Of a stretch of 64,000 nt of DNA, positions 18,680 to 28,787 are shown in pieces; the stretch's first letter is position 1, and every line of letters begins with the position of its first letter. The DNA is taken from the NCBI GenBank assembly GCA_001593935.1, contig LUCE01000001.1:430-64429 (forward strand), written 5' to 3'. The translations under genes and the position numbers were made by a program. The notes below the pieces were generated by a model. That model was given only the letters and a program-made list of their open reading frames with translations, did not search any database and was not told the origin of the DNA. This DNA comes from Candidatus Bathyarchaeota archaeon B26-2 (GTDB lineage: Archaea; Thermoproteota; Bathyarchaeia; Bathyarchaeales; B26-1).

Positions 18680-19753
18680 CTACCTCCCGTACATAACTTT
18701 TATTCTAGGATCGACGAGCCCGTATAGGATATCGAGGATAACCACTGTTGCCGCTAGCAGGTAGGCGTAGATCACAGTGAACCCAAGGATGACCGGTGTG
18801 TCAAAGGCGCCTATGGCTTGATACGCAATGAGGCCCAGGCCAGGCCAGTTAAAGACTGTCTCCGTGATTATAGCTCCACTCCAAGAGCCTATCAAGCTTA
18901 ATGCAAAGCCTGTTATTATCGGCGGTAAGGTCGGGCGGAGTATGTATTGGGTGGTTAAACGTCTTGAGGGAACCCCTTTAGCTTTGGCCGCCTCGACGTA
19001 GTCTTCTGTGGAGAAGATGAGGAAGAAGGTCCTTCTTCCATAACAGCCCAAAAAGAAGGCGGCGATTATCCAAGAACTCAGTGGGAGAACCATGTGTTCA
19101 AGAATGTTGAGAGTGCGGGCTATCGGATCAGTTGGAGGAGGAACATCGAGTATTCCTCCATAAGGTAAGACTCTAAGGTAAGCTGCGAATATGAGGATGA
19201 GAAATATTCCGTAGAACCATCCGGGTATAATCGAGGTTGGGGCTAAGGCTATGAAAAGTTTATCAATTTTGCTCCCGTGGCGCCTTGAAAGATATAACCC
19301 TATAACTAAATGGAGTGTGAAGTTTATGAGCATGGCTGTTGTGAAGAGCATCACCGTGTATGGAAGTCTCTCGAGAATTATTAGCTTTACAAGCCTAGAC
19401 CCGCCTTCACTTGTCATGTACAGGGCTCTACCAAGATCGAGAGTCAAGGCGTCCTTCATGTACACGAAACTTCTTATGAAGAAAGGCTGATCGAGACCTC
19501 TGCGTTTCAGCTCCTCCTCATATATTCCTTGAGCTATCTTCTCCAGTTCGGCTGGCGGTAATGTACTATACTCTGGGTTACCCTTGAGCTGCATTCTTAT
19601 CTGGAGCATAAGCTGACCCTTCATGATCTCGTCAACATAACCGCCCATATTAGCAATTATTATAGTTAGATAGACGGCGACCATCACGATGATATATACG
19701 GTCACCACTCTTTTGACTACAAACTTTATGAACCCCTTCTTTGAGCCAGCCAT
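18680..19753 (-). CDS. Opp/Dpp-type ABC permease (OppB-like)
   Basis: EDYVEAAKAKGVPSRRL...ILRP motif and 6 TM segments. Confidence 0.8.
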   Translation of the reverse strand: MAGSKKGFIKFVVKRVVTVYIIVMVAVYLTIIIANMGGYVDEIMKGQLMLQIRMQLKGNPEYSTLPPAELEKIAQGIYEEELKRRGLDQPFFIRSFVYMKDALTLDLGRALYMTSEGGSRLVKLIILERLPYTVMLFTTAMLINFTLHLVIGLYLSRRHGSKIDKLFIALAPTSIIPGWFYGIFLILIFAAYLRVLPYGGILDVPPPTDPIARTLNILEHMVLPLSSWIIAAFFLGCYGRRTFFLIFSTEDYVEAAKAKGVPSRRLTTQYILRPTLPPIITGFALSLIGSWSGAIITETVFNWPGLGLIAYQAIGAFDTPVILGFTVIYAYLLAATVVILDILYGLVDPRIKVMYGR

Positions 19754-19843
19754 CTCTTCATTCTACACCCTTTATATCTATGTATTATTGCCCGAGATAT
19801 TTAAAAGTCAAAAATAAAAATGTTGGGGTTTGGGTTGCGGTTT

Positions 19844-22534
19844 CTAAACCGCTTTCTTTCGGGCCATAATTACTGAGACTACAGCTATGATCAGCGAGAC
19901 TACGGCTAGGCCGGTGGAAGCCATCGCGATCGTCTGGAGGCCGCTTATCACTCCTCTGAGCTCATCTATGGTCTCGGTGAGGGTTGTCTCTACTGTGGAG
20001 ATGCTTGCCTCGAGCTCGTTCCTCGTCGAATCGAGGAGGTCACTGAAGTAGCTGATCTCAGGTATGACCGCGAAAGGCTTCTCGAGTATTGCGGGCATGG
20101 CAACGTCCTTGCTTAGGGCAATCGTTATCATCGTGTAGGCTCCAGCCGTCATGCCGGCAGTAACCGTCTCAGTAAGGCTTATGCTCCAGACTCCTTCAGC
20201 GACAGCCACAGCGCTACCCGACGCCACCACAGCGCCCTGAGAATCGAGTACCATGTATTTAACGAAGTCGATCCTGTCGTTTGGATACGGCTCACCGAGA
20301 TAGGTTAGAGTCACATTGAAAGTAGCGGCTATACCAGGTGTGATGACGTCTGGAACAGTTATACTCATTTCTGGGACCGGCGGCTCTGCTAACCAAGCCC
20401 ATCTGTCGGCCTTGTATGTGTAGTTTCTAAAGGCCTTTACCACAGCGCTGGACGCTACAAGATCAAGGGAATCCAAGTAGAATGGACCTGAGGCAACCCA
20501 GAAGTGCCCATGCGCTTCGTACCAGTTCTTGAGATTCTGGTATCGAGCTACAGCGTCCTCAGCAGTTATGTAATCACCCGCATGCTCCACGAAAGGTATG
20601 TAACCTTCATTGATCATCTCGTCGAGGTTCTCTGAGAAGACACCGAGGCTTGGGCCTCCGATGTAGTTCATCCACTCAATTCCTTCCGCATCGGCCTTAG
20701 AGGATGAGAAGGCTAGTTCACCTTGCTCCTCAGCGTATATGCCCAAGGCTACAGCATGCCAAGGCATGTTAGGCCATGTCGCAGCCCATGAAGCCATAAA
20801 CTCAGCCTCAGAGTTTGTGTAGTTTATGTAATACTCGACAATCAAGGGTTCCTCACTGATTATTCTCATACCCCTGAAGTTCTTCCTCCAAGCGTCAAAG
20901 CTTGGCACGGCACTTGAGTCATAAAGTGGACTTGCTGGGTCAACCCTCTCGAATGTTAGCGGCCATAGTGCAAACCAGTCGGCCAAGCTCATAACTGAGC
21001 CGTCATGGTAGGTTACGTTACCTATGACGTCTCCATAGTTCACAACGATCTTGGCTTTAGCGTAGGTTCCCTCAGGAGCTGTCACTATGCTTTTGCTCGT
21101 GACGTTCCAAGCGTACCATGCATCGGTTGGAACCAACACACTTCCTGTGAACGTTAGGTCTATCCACGGGCTTACAGCTGAGGTTCGAACGTCATCATCG
21201 ACCACCATGGTGACATTTATGAAACGGTTCGGCATCGGAAGTCCCGTATACGGGTTATATAGAATGTCGCCATCGTTCAGGCAGATCATGACCACGGTGT
21301 CGTATACCCAGTTGGTTCCAGCAACAGGGTTCCATGGCTCAGTGAAGACGTCACGATTGGCGGCTTTTATAACTCCTCCTGTTTGATTCTGGATTCTGAT
21401 AGTTCTAGCCCATATTGGGTTATTGAAACCTCCTGATAGGTCTACAGCAACTTCTATGTTTGATCTAGATACGAATGGAACTATTTGGTCCACGAGCCAG
21501 ACCCTCGCTGAGTCTTTGAGGGCCAGCACCACAGCTTTCCTCATCAGTTCCATCCTTTCGTCCCAAGTCTTCCAGTCGGAGGTCCAGAGTTTCGTGGCTA
21601 CTTCGTAGAAGATTGGGTCAGGTTTGTAGGCCTGCCATAGCGGGAAGGGTATTCCTAGAGGCGTATAGAAGAAGCCGAAGTCGCTAGAGTCATCTCTACT
21701 TATGACAGTCGATATCCATCCACCTGTGTACACATGCCATTGACCATCCGCTGGATCTCCACTGATCCAGAGCGGAGCGGCCTCATAGCTTTTCTTGTAC
21801 ATTCTCTCGGTTTCGAATCCAAGCAACTCTAGCTGGTCCGAGACGTAGTCACCTATCTGTAACCTCTGATCCTCGGTTCTGATGAGCATCTTAAGAGTTA
21901 TCAAAGTTCCATTGTAGTACCACTTCCCATCCTTGTACTCGCATCCCATCTTGGCGAGCTCTTCAAAGATTATCTCTTTGCCCTTCTCGAAGTTATAAGC
22001 GTACTTTGACTCAATCAGCTTTATCGTGTCGGCGAGCCTACCGTACTCTGGGAAGGCCGATATAAAGGAGACATACTTCTCTTTGGCCCAACCCTTCATA
22101 ATCTCGTCAACTATGTACTTCCTGTCGACTATGTAGTTCATCGCTTCCCTTATCTTCGGGTTCGAGAACGGGTTGAACTCTCCAGTCTTGAAGACGGGGC
22201 CGACAGGGTTGAATGTCAGCTCGAAGAATAAGCCATACGCGGTCTTTGTTTTCAGGTTTGGATCAGCCTCTATCTCGGCTAGGAGTTCTGGGTCTGGTAT
22301 GTCGATGAGATATAGATCGATCTCTCCCGCCTTCATCCGGCTCACTAGCTTGGAATAGTCTGGTTCGGCCTCGAAGCGGATCTCGTCTACCCATGGACCG
22401 TAGGGAACCTCTTCGCTATCTTCTTGGGCAGCGGCCTCATGGATTATGGGTGTCGTTGGAAAAGTTGAGAACGTCGAGAAAGTCGATAGGACAAGCAATA
22501 GTACCAATATTATGAATGGCGAGTTCTTTTTCAT
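19844..22534 (-). CDS. Family-5 (peptide/oligosaccharide) ABC substrate-binding protein, signal peptide and C-terminal TM anchor
   Basis: 896 aa. N-terminal hydrophobic signal, SBP_bac_5-like body, and a terminal TM helix followed by ARKKAV. First gene of a five-gene transporter operon. A TATAAAT-like box lies about 40 nt upstream and GGAGAG lies 8 nt upstream. Confidence 0.75.
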   Translation of the reverse strand: MKKNSPFIILVLLLVLSTFSTFSTFPTTPIIHEAAAQEDSEEVPYGPWVDEIRFEAEPDYSKLVSRMKAGEIDLYLIDIPDPELLAEIEADPNLKTKTAYGLFFELTFNPVGPVFKTGEFNPFSNPKIREAMNYIVDRKYIVDEIMKGWAKEKYVSFISAFPEYGRLADTIKLIESKYAYNFEKGKEIIFEELAKMGCEYKDGKWYYNGTLITLKMLIRTEDQRLQIGDYVSDQLELLGFETERMYKKSYEAAPLWISGDPADGQWHVYTGGWISTVISRDDSSDFGFFYTPLGIPFPLWQAYKPDPIFYEVATKLWTSDWKTWDERMELMRKAVVLALKDSARVWLVDQIVPFVSRSNIEVAVDLSGGFNNPIWARTIRIQNQTGGVIKAANRDVFTEPWNPVAGTNWVYDTVVMICLNDGDILYNPYTGLPMPNRFINVTMVVDDDVRTSAVSPWIDLTFTGSVLVPTDAWYAWNVTSKSIVTAPEGTYAKAKIVVNYGDVIGNVTYHDGSVMSLADWFALWPLTFERVDPASPLYDSSAVPSFDAWRKNFRGMRIISEEPLIVEYYINYTNSEAEFMASWAATWPNMPWHAVALGIYAEEQGELAFSSSKADAEGIEWMNYIGGPSLGVFSENLDEMINEGYIPFVEHAGDYITAEDAVARYQNLKNWYEAHGHFWVASGPFYLDSLDLVASSAVVKAFRNYTYKADRWAWLAEPPVPEMSITVPDVITPGIAATFNVTLTYLGEPYPNDRIDFVKYMVLDSQGAVVASGSAVAVAEGVWSISLTETVTAGMTAGAYTMITIALSKDVAMPAILEKPFAVIPEISYFSDLLDSTRNELEASISTVETTLTETIDELRGVISGLQTIAMASTGLAVVSLIIAVVSVIMARKKAV

Positions 22535-22715
22535 TTTAGATCTCTCCTATATGTCTTCTTAACTCATTTATATTTTTTGGTCATATTCGTCAAAGGATGC
22601 TTAATTTTTGTAAATTTTGTTACATAAATAAAAGTCTTTATAGTTCCTCCTGTCTGAACAATATATGCGAGAAAAGAGGAATGATTAAATATCCTCCTCG
22701 CATGTTTATAGATAG

Positions 22716-24233
22716 ATGTCAGGAATTAACATTAGATTGGTCTTTCTAATTATGCTAATGCTGGCATCGTTTCCGAAGGTTATTGGCGGCGCGGTAGATG
22801 GTTCAAGCCCCATCATTATTTCTAGCAGAACAGATGGTGAGGCCATAATCGCCCATGGATACGTCTACGTCAAGAGCTTGAAGAAGCCGTTCATCCTTAG
22901 AGTTCCTCTCAACGAATCTGAGAAAACATGGGGCCATGTTTTTGATCTTGAAGGTTATGGTGTTCTGTACTCCTCAACGACTCTCCATGACAGAAGCTTG
23001 ATTGCGGTAGGTTACACTTACACACAAGAGAACGGATTCGACATAATAGCGCTACGAGTGAACCGTGAAGGCAAGGTGTCATGGGCTTATGCCCTCGGCG
23101 GGAAGGGTGACGACTTGGGAGTAGACATACTGTTAGTGGACAACGAGGCTCTAATTGTAGGATACAGCCGCAGCTTTGGGTTTGGCAGCTTTAATGACTG
23201 GAACATAATTATGCTGAAGATCGATCTCTCGGGGAATCTTGTAAGGTCCTGGGTGTTGGGAACCGAAGCCTACGATGACTTCGTCAAAGGAGTGTATAGG
23301 ACTTCAAATGGGGAACTTCTCCTATTTGGGGAGACATGGAGCTATAACGTTTCTATGTCGGACGTTCTCTTGGTTAAGATGAACTCCGATATGGAGGTTC
23401 TCTGGTCCAAGAGCATGGGTGGATCTAGTCGTGAAGAGGCGCTCGCAACTGTTGAGAGCGGAGAAGGCGGATTCATCGTGGTGGGTGTGAGTGAGAGCCT
23501 CCCTTTTGGGGGGACCGATGGATTCTTCCTCAAAGTCGATGAGGGCGGTTGGCTTGAATATGTTAGAGGAGTTGGCTGGGACGGCGGTGACGGGCTGATC
23601 GATGTATACTCTTTGGGCGACAGCTACATCTTGCTAGGTTATACGTCGTTAAGAAGAGAAGAGACAGATCTTCTCTTTCTAGAGGTCTCACGTGAAGGCA
23701 ACCTCAATAGTACTTACGTCCTTGTACGCGAGGGGTTTGAGTCTCCTCATTCGATAAAGTTACTGAACAATAGGTTAATCGTCACCTCGAGGTTCTCCGA
23801 TGATGGAGAAGGAGGACTAACAGTTACTAAGATCTCTAAAGGCTGGAATAGTGCAACAGCAACTCTAATCTCCAAGGGGAAACCCAGCCATACTGATCTG
23901 GGACTGCTCAAGGTCTCTTCCATCAACAGCCATATAGCTCAGACCTCTTGGTCTTGCAGGACACAGAACCTCTTCAAAAGACCGGTAGAGGTCAGCTCTT
24001 CACCCATAACTACGGAGAGCCTCTTGATACCATTCAACACCCAAAATGTTAAGGTCGAGGTTGGAGAATACATCGAGAAAACTGACTGGCTTGGGATAAT
24101 AATGGACATCCTAGAGTCAAATGTGCCTCTTCTAATAATGGCCATACCCTTCTTAACGTTACTTCTAGCATTTGCGTTGCTAAAACTCCATAAGCTCTTC
24201 ATGAAATCATCCGTCAAAAAAGCACAATCTTGA
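22716..24233 (+). CDS. Membrane-anchored surface protein with 5-6 beta-propeller-type (SBBP-like) ~50-aa repeats
   Basis: N-terminal signal/TM and C-terminal TM helix. The repeat unit has the form hhhhGYt...(D)hhhhKhd..G.h.W...hGG..dD. Confidence 0.5.
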   Translation: MSGINIRLVFLIMLMLASFPKVIGGAVDGSSPIIISSRTDGEAIIAHGYVYVKSLKKPFILRVPLNESEKTWGHVFDLEGYGVLYSSTTLHDRSLIAVGYTYTQENGFDIIALRVNREGKVSWAYALGGKGDDLGVDILLVDNEALIVGYSRSFGFGSFNDWNIIMLKIDLSGNLVRSWVLGTEAYDDFVKGVYRTSNGELLLFGETWSYNVSMSDVLLVKMNSDMEVLWSKSMGGSSREEALATVESGEGGFIVVGVSESLPFGGTDGFFLKVDEGGWLEYVRGVGWDGGDGLIDVYSLGDSYILLGYTSLRREETDLLFLEVSREGNLNSTYVLVREGFESPHSIKLLNNRLIVTSRFSDDGEGGLTVTKISKGWNSATATLISKGKPSHTDLGLLKVSSINSHIAQTSWSCRTQNLFKRPVEVSSSPITTESLLIPFNTQNVKVEVGEYIEKTDWLGIIMDILESNVPLLIMAIPFLTLLLAFALLKLHKLFMKSSVKKAQS

Positions 24234-24273
24234 ACTACAAGTCTACGTCGTTAAAGATTTTAAGAGAACCCGA

Positions 24274-25131
24274 TTACATTCTCCCGATAGCCTTCAACCC
24301 GTTCTTTCGCACGTATCTTTCGACCCACCTCATGGAAAAAACAGCCACAATAAGCATCACAAGCGTTAAGAAGACTGTTGTAGTTATGGTGATCTCTAGC
24401 GGTAGGTACGGTTTGATTCCTATTGTGCCGTATCTCACCAGCTCAGCTGGGTGGCTGTAGGGTATAACCAACGCTACGTACCTCATCGGTTCTGGTAATT
24501 TAGATACTGGCGTAGCGAGACCTCCAACTATCAAGACTAAGAAGTTCATTATCTCCAGCATCATGTGAGGAACTCCAACCCTAAAGGATAGGGCCGAGAG
24601 GGTTAAGCCATAGGACAACGCCATAACTATCAGTAAAACAAGGCCTAAAACCATGAATGTTGGGTTTTGGGCGACGAGTATGTTCTCAGTGGACATTGAG
24701 GATATAACAAGATAAGTGAAACCAATAGCTACTGTAGACATTAACAAACCTGTCATAGCTCTAAATGACAAGACCAAAAACGAGGATGTATTCACGACCA
24801 CATGTTCCTCAAAGAAGCCTTGAGTTAGGTAGAAGTTCGTCCAACCTCCTATAAGCCAGACGGCGCTTGAGATTATATTCCACATGGCGACCCCCCAGAA
24901 GATTGCTGGCAGAGCCTTCTGAACCTCGCCGCCAGGTAGGAACATTAACGCTCCCAGGATGAAGATCATGATCCACATGATGGTGCTGAGCGCCATGTTT
25001 AGGAATGAGTATTTGTACCTCCACATCCTAAGCGTATGAAGCCAAACTACGGCCTTGACCTTTCTCACGCCCGATCTGTTAGAATGGGACTTCACCTTAC
25101 AGAGCTCCTTTACTCTTGATAGCCCGTTCAA
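24274..25131 (-). CDS. ABC-2 type transporter permease
   Basis: About 6 TM helices. Third gene after the DrrA-like ATPase and a paralogous permease. Confidence 0.6.
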   Translation of the reverse strand: MNGLSRVKELCKVKSHSNRSGVRKVKAVVWLHTLRMWRYKYSFLNMALSTIMWIMIFILGALMFLPGGEVQKALPAIFWGVAMWNIISSAVWLIGGWTNFYLTQGFFEEHVVVNTSSFLVLSFRAMTGLLMSTVAIGFTYLVISSMSTENILVAQNPTFMVLGLVLLIVMALSYGLTLSALSFRVGVPHMMLEIMNFLVLIVGGLATPVSKLPEPMRYVALVIPYSHPAELVRYGTIGIKPYLPLEITITTTVFLTLVMLIVAVFSMRWVERYVRKNGLKAIGRM

Positions 25132-25906
25132 CTTTGGTCATTGCGAGTGTAGCCAACAGGTTATACCCGACCGTCAGTAGTCCTATCATGTACAAGGCGA
25201 CCATTAACATTCGAGCCTCAGATGTTAGATATGTCGAAACGATCTTGGTGGCTTCAACCACGTAGGTTACTGGGACAAATTGTGATATTACCTGTAAAAC
25301 TCGTGGTAAGACCTCGATGGGATAATACACCCCGGAAACCAAAAGTATGAAGGGAACCACACTTCCCATAATGTTGCTCTCCTCTTTGAGAAAAAGTATC
25401 GTCGAGGCCATGATAACCGATAGTCCCATCAGAGGAAGCATCCCGAGAATAGTTATCAAGAGGACTATAAATATTCTAAGAGCCCCAGTAAAGCCCTCGA
25501 AGTATACGGCTGCAGGAATTATAGCTATAGCAGTAAAGACAGGTGACGTTAAGGCGTCTGGTAAACTTGAGAAGACTATGACTGTGTGCGTCTTTGCTGG
25601 GGAGAGGAGAAGGTATGGCAAGGTTCCGATCCACCGGTTCTCTAGGACGAAGCCGGTAATCGAGTACATTATGTATACACTTGACATAGCCACAGCACTT
25701 GATGCTAGTAAGTATAAGGCCGGATTAACTACTCCGACCCTCTCAGCGTACTCCTCAAGACTTCCAAGAGCCATCCCTATCCCAAAGATCGTGCCAACCA
25801 TTAAGTAAGGCCACACGAAAGTAGTTATCAACATCCATTTGTTATTCCTGTACCAGCACACCGTAGAGAAGAGTTGAGCCTTCAGTATGTCTCTCCAATC
25901 GACCAT
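25097..25906 (-). CDS. ABC-2 type transporter permease
   Basis: About 6 TM helices. Its start abuts the stop of the ATPase gene. Confidence 0.6.
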   Translation of the reverse strand: MVDWRDILKAQLFSTVCWYRNNKWMLITTFVWPYLMVGTIFGIGMALGSLEEYAERVGVVNPALYLLASSAVAMSSVYIMYSITGFVLENRWIGTLPYLLLSPAKTHTVIVFSSLPDALTSPVFTAIAIIPAAVYFEGFTGALRIFIVLLITILGMLPLMGLSVIMASTILFLKEESNIMGSVVPFILLVSGVYYPIEVLPRVLQVISQFVPVTYVVEATKIVSTYLTSEARMLMVALYMIGLLTVGYNLLATLAMTKVERAIKSKGAL

Positions 25907-26925
25907 TAAGCCTCACCTGCCTTTCCGGTCAAGCTTATGAAGACATCTTCCAGAGTAGGCTCCTCAACGTTAACCCTGTAGATTCTGACCTTCAAGTCTC
26001 CGAGAGACTTAATTACGTCGGCTATCATCTTGTCTTCTTCTCCAGATCTGCATGTGAACCGAACGTAGACCCCGCCCCTCTCGTCGACCCCGACTCCCAC
26101 CGTTTCAATTACGGTTCTCAGCCTCTTCCTCATAATCTCTAGACCTATAGCTGGGTTTGATACCAATATATCGACAGCAATCTTGTCGGCTACTCTTCTC
26201 TTAAGTTCCTGAACTGGACCGATGGAGATTATTCGACCCTCATCTATTATGGCTACTCTATCACATATTAGTTCAGCCTCGAACATGTTATGCGTAGTCA
26301 CCAGAACAGCCTTTCTATTCCTTGCCAACATCACGAGTAAGTTCCTTATTTCTCTAGCCGATGGAGGGTCAAGTCCCAAGGTCGGTTCGTCCAGCATCAA
26401 TATAGGGGGATCCGTCAGCAAGGCCCTTGCCAAGCATAGTCTAGCCTTCATTCCTAGTGAGTATTCTTCATAAAACCTATCTGAGGCTCCAAGCTTGTTT
26501 AATCCTAAGGTCTCTAAGAGATCATTCACTCTCTCGTTAAGTTTCTTTCCACTTAGGCCTCGGAGCATCCCAAAATATTTTAGGTTCTCTCGCCCGGTTA
26601 ACTTCCAGAAGAACCCCTTTTCCACAGTTAAAGTTACTCCAATTGAGTCTCTCACCATTTCAGGGTCTTCCACTACATCGTATCCGCAGACTGTGGCTTT
26701 TCCGCTGTCTGGGATCAGTAGCGTCGCTAGTATCTTTATGGTCGTCGTCTTTCCAGCTCCATTCGGTCCAAGTAGACCGAAGACCTCTCCGTAACTTACC
26801 GTGAAGGAGACGCCCTTCAGAGCTTTAACTACCCTTTTCTCACGCCTCAATAACCCTTTCCTAACGCTTGTGGTATAGTTCTTTGTTACATCTTCTACTT
26901 GTACGGCGCTAGACACCTCTACCAC
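25906..26925 (-). CDS. ABC transporter ATP-binding protein (DrrA/CcmA-like exporter type)
   Basis: GPNGAGKTT, YSLGMKARL, MLDEPTLGLD, and a C-terminal regulatory-type domain. Confidence 0.85.
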   Translation of the reverse strand: MVEVSSAVQVEDVTKNYTTSVRKGLLRREKRVVKALKGVSFTVSYGEVFGLLGPNGAGKTTTIKILATLLIPDSGKATVCGYDVVEDPEMVRDSIGVTLTVEKGFFWKLTGRENLKYFGMLRGLSGKKLNERVNDLLETLGLNKLGASDRFYEEYSLGMKARLCLARALLTDPPILMLDEPTLGLDPPSAREIRNLLVMLARNRKAVLVTTHNMFEAELICDRVAIIDEGRIISIGPVQELKRRVADKIAVDILVSNPAIGLEIMRKRLRTVIETVGVGVDERGGVYVRFTCRSGEEDKMIADVIKSLGDLKVRIYRVNVEEPTLEDVFISLTGKAGEA

Positions 26926-27268
26926 CCATTCAATAGTCTTCTCTCGTCAGAGCCATGAAGCGCTCAATTGTGTGACAATTTTAATCCTATTCTTAATCTC
27001 CCTTAAATAGTGCAAGCATAGAGAGTTAGATCCCAAAGATATGTTGAGGCCTTATAGGGGCTTAACAGGCTTTTATCGAGTATCCGAGAATGAGTGTTCA
27101 AGGTGTGAGCTTATGAAGTAAGATCAGAGAACCAAGGAAAACTCGGAATGTGTTAACAACTACCTTTAACGTAATAGGGAGTCTAATGTTAGAAGAGGTA
27201 TTTTAGGATATGGAAAAGGCTGACTCAAAGCAAAGGTTGTAATATGCAAACTGGACCGCAATCATGCT

Positions 27269-27499
27269 TTACCGTTCTTGATGTCGTCTCAAGATGAGTT
27301 GGGAGGCACATGTAGGAAGTTTTAGATATGCCATAAATGTTGCGTTGGAGGAACGAACATATACATAGTTATCTATTATCTTTAAGACAGCCCTTTTCTT
27401 GACATCTGTAGAAAGTTTAGGCTTCGTCTCGAGGATAAAATCTAAGTCCTTCATTAGCCTAAAAAGGCGAAGAAAGACTGGGATGCCGTACATTAGCAT
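27269..27499 (-). CDS. Hypothetical protein (start uncertain; possibly MKDLDF at 27454)
   Basis: ORF only. Its annotated start lies 14 nt from the divergent ORF, so at least one of the two starts is wrong. Confidence 0.2.
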   Translation of the reverse strand: MLMYGIPVFLRLFRLMKDLDFILETKPKLSTDVKKRAVLKIIDNYVYVRSSNATFMAYLKLPTCASQLILRRHQER

Positions 27500-27513
27500 T
27501 AAAAGTTTAATGG

Positions 27514-27738
27514 ATGATAATTTTGGTTATGGAACCTCATCTAGGTAGAATAGCCTTTAACATAGTTGTTCTCTTGGTGGTTCTCACATTGATTTCTCTG
27601 CCTTTTCTCAGGAGAGACTCACCTGAATTCATCGTTAGCATCCTCGCCTTAATGTTCAGTCTAGTCTTCCTTTCACTGGTAATCTGGGACGTTAGGAGAC
27701 AAGCGAAGAAAGAAATGTTGGGTAACCAGGAGGAATAA
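27514..27738 (+). CDS. Small two-TM membrane protein
   Basis: 74 aa with two clear hydrophobic helices and a charged C-tail. Alternative start at 27529. Confidence 0.3.
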   Translation: MIILVMEPHLGRIAFNIVVLLVVLTLISLPFLRRDSPEFIVSILALMFSLVFLSLVIWDVRRQAKKEMLGNQEE

Positions 27739-27842
27739 TTAAATCCGAGTCTTTCAAATTTGGAGTAAATTGTAGGTGTTCGGCATCAATATCAAAGAAT
27801 GTGACGTTTTTAATAAATAATTAAAAAAGAGGGTTAAAGTGT

Positions 27843-28769
27843 TTAAGCCGCTTCTGATCTAAGTCGCGGATTGAATATCTCTTCTAAAGTGTGGAGGAAG
27901 AGGATGAAGCCCGTCTGAACAAGGATTACGCAGATCACTGGAGAGAAGAGGTATGGCCACACCTTGGTATTTAAGAGTCCACTTTGACGGTATAACGCTA
28001 TATTCAGCATTGCACCCCAGTTAACCGATGTGTAAGGCATGATCCCCAAGAAGTATAGGCCTACTTGAGAGTATATCGCGTTAACTATGGTTAAACAGAG
28101 ACTCATCGATATGTATGGTTTCAAGGATGGAAAGATCTCGTTGAAGATTATGTGGAATGCGCCTAAACCTAGGCATTGAACGCTCTCTATATAATTTTCT
28201 TCTCTTATAGATAACACTTGAGACCTTATCGCCCTTGTGAGACCTGCCCATTGCACCACCGCTATTATGAGGGCTATCTCAACGGGATTAAGAACCCTAT
28301 TTACGCTCGCAGCAATTATCACTAGAAGCGGGAAGCTAGGTATAGTCAAGAAGACGTCTACGATTCTCATCATCACCATATCGAGTTTCCCTCCGATGTA
28401 CCCCGAGGATATCCCTAGAACGATCGATATTAAAACCACAAAGAGACCGGATAAGAAAGCCACCGTCATAACACTTCTGGACCCATGTATGATCTGGGCT
28501 AATGTGTCACGTCCAGCAAAATCAGTTCCGAGAGGATGCTCCAGCGAGGGCGGGAGGAAACGGTCTTCTGGATGCGGCATCATCTCTAGAGGATAGATCT
28601 CAGGTCCGATTATCGCCATTAGGGCGAAGAAGACGATTATGCTTAGGCCCACTAGACCGGTCCGATCCCTCTTCAGGATCTTAAATGTGAATCTTGATTG
28701 GGAGACCCAGCTCTGTAGTTCCCTTGAAATCCCCTTTTTCATCTTTGTCAGTCCCTTTGCCTCCATCAA
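27843..28769 (-). CDS. Opp/Dpp-type ABC permease (DppC-like)
   Basis: PLGTDFAGRDTL motif and a BPD_transp_1 core. Confidence 0.8.
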   Translation of the reverse strand: MMEAKGLTKMKKGISRELQSWVSQSRFTFKILKRDRTGLVGLSIIVFFALMAIIGPEIYPLEMMPHPEDRFLPPSLEHPLGTDFAGRDTLAQIIHGSRSVMTVAFLSGLFVVLISIVLGISSGYIGGKLDMVMMRIVDVFLTIPSFPLLVIIAASVNRVLNPVEIALIIAVVQWAGLTRAIRSQVLSIREENYIESVQCLGLGAFHIIFNEIFPSLKPYISMSLCLTIVNAIYSQVGLYFLGIMPYTSVNWGAMLNIALYRQSGLLNTKVWPYLFSPVICVILVQTGFILFLHTLEEIFNPRLRSEAA

Positions 28770-28787
28770 GAGGGTTATCTCCTTTTC

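Noticed and set aside
22455-22500. 3x imperfect 9-nt tandem (encoding STF-STF-STF) in the SBP signal-peptide region.
   Set aside because: The copies differ at wobble positions and lie in a low-complexity hydrophobic leader, so this is unlikely to be a functional repeat or a recent slippage event.
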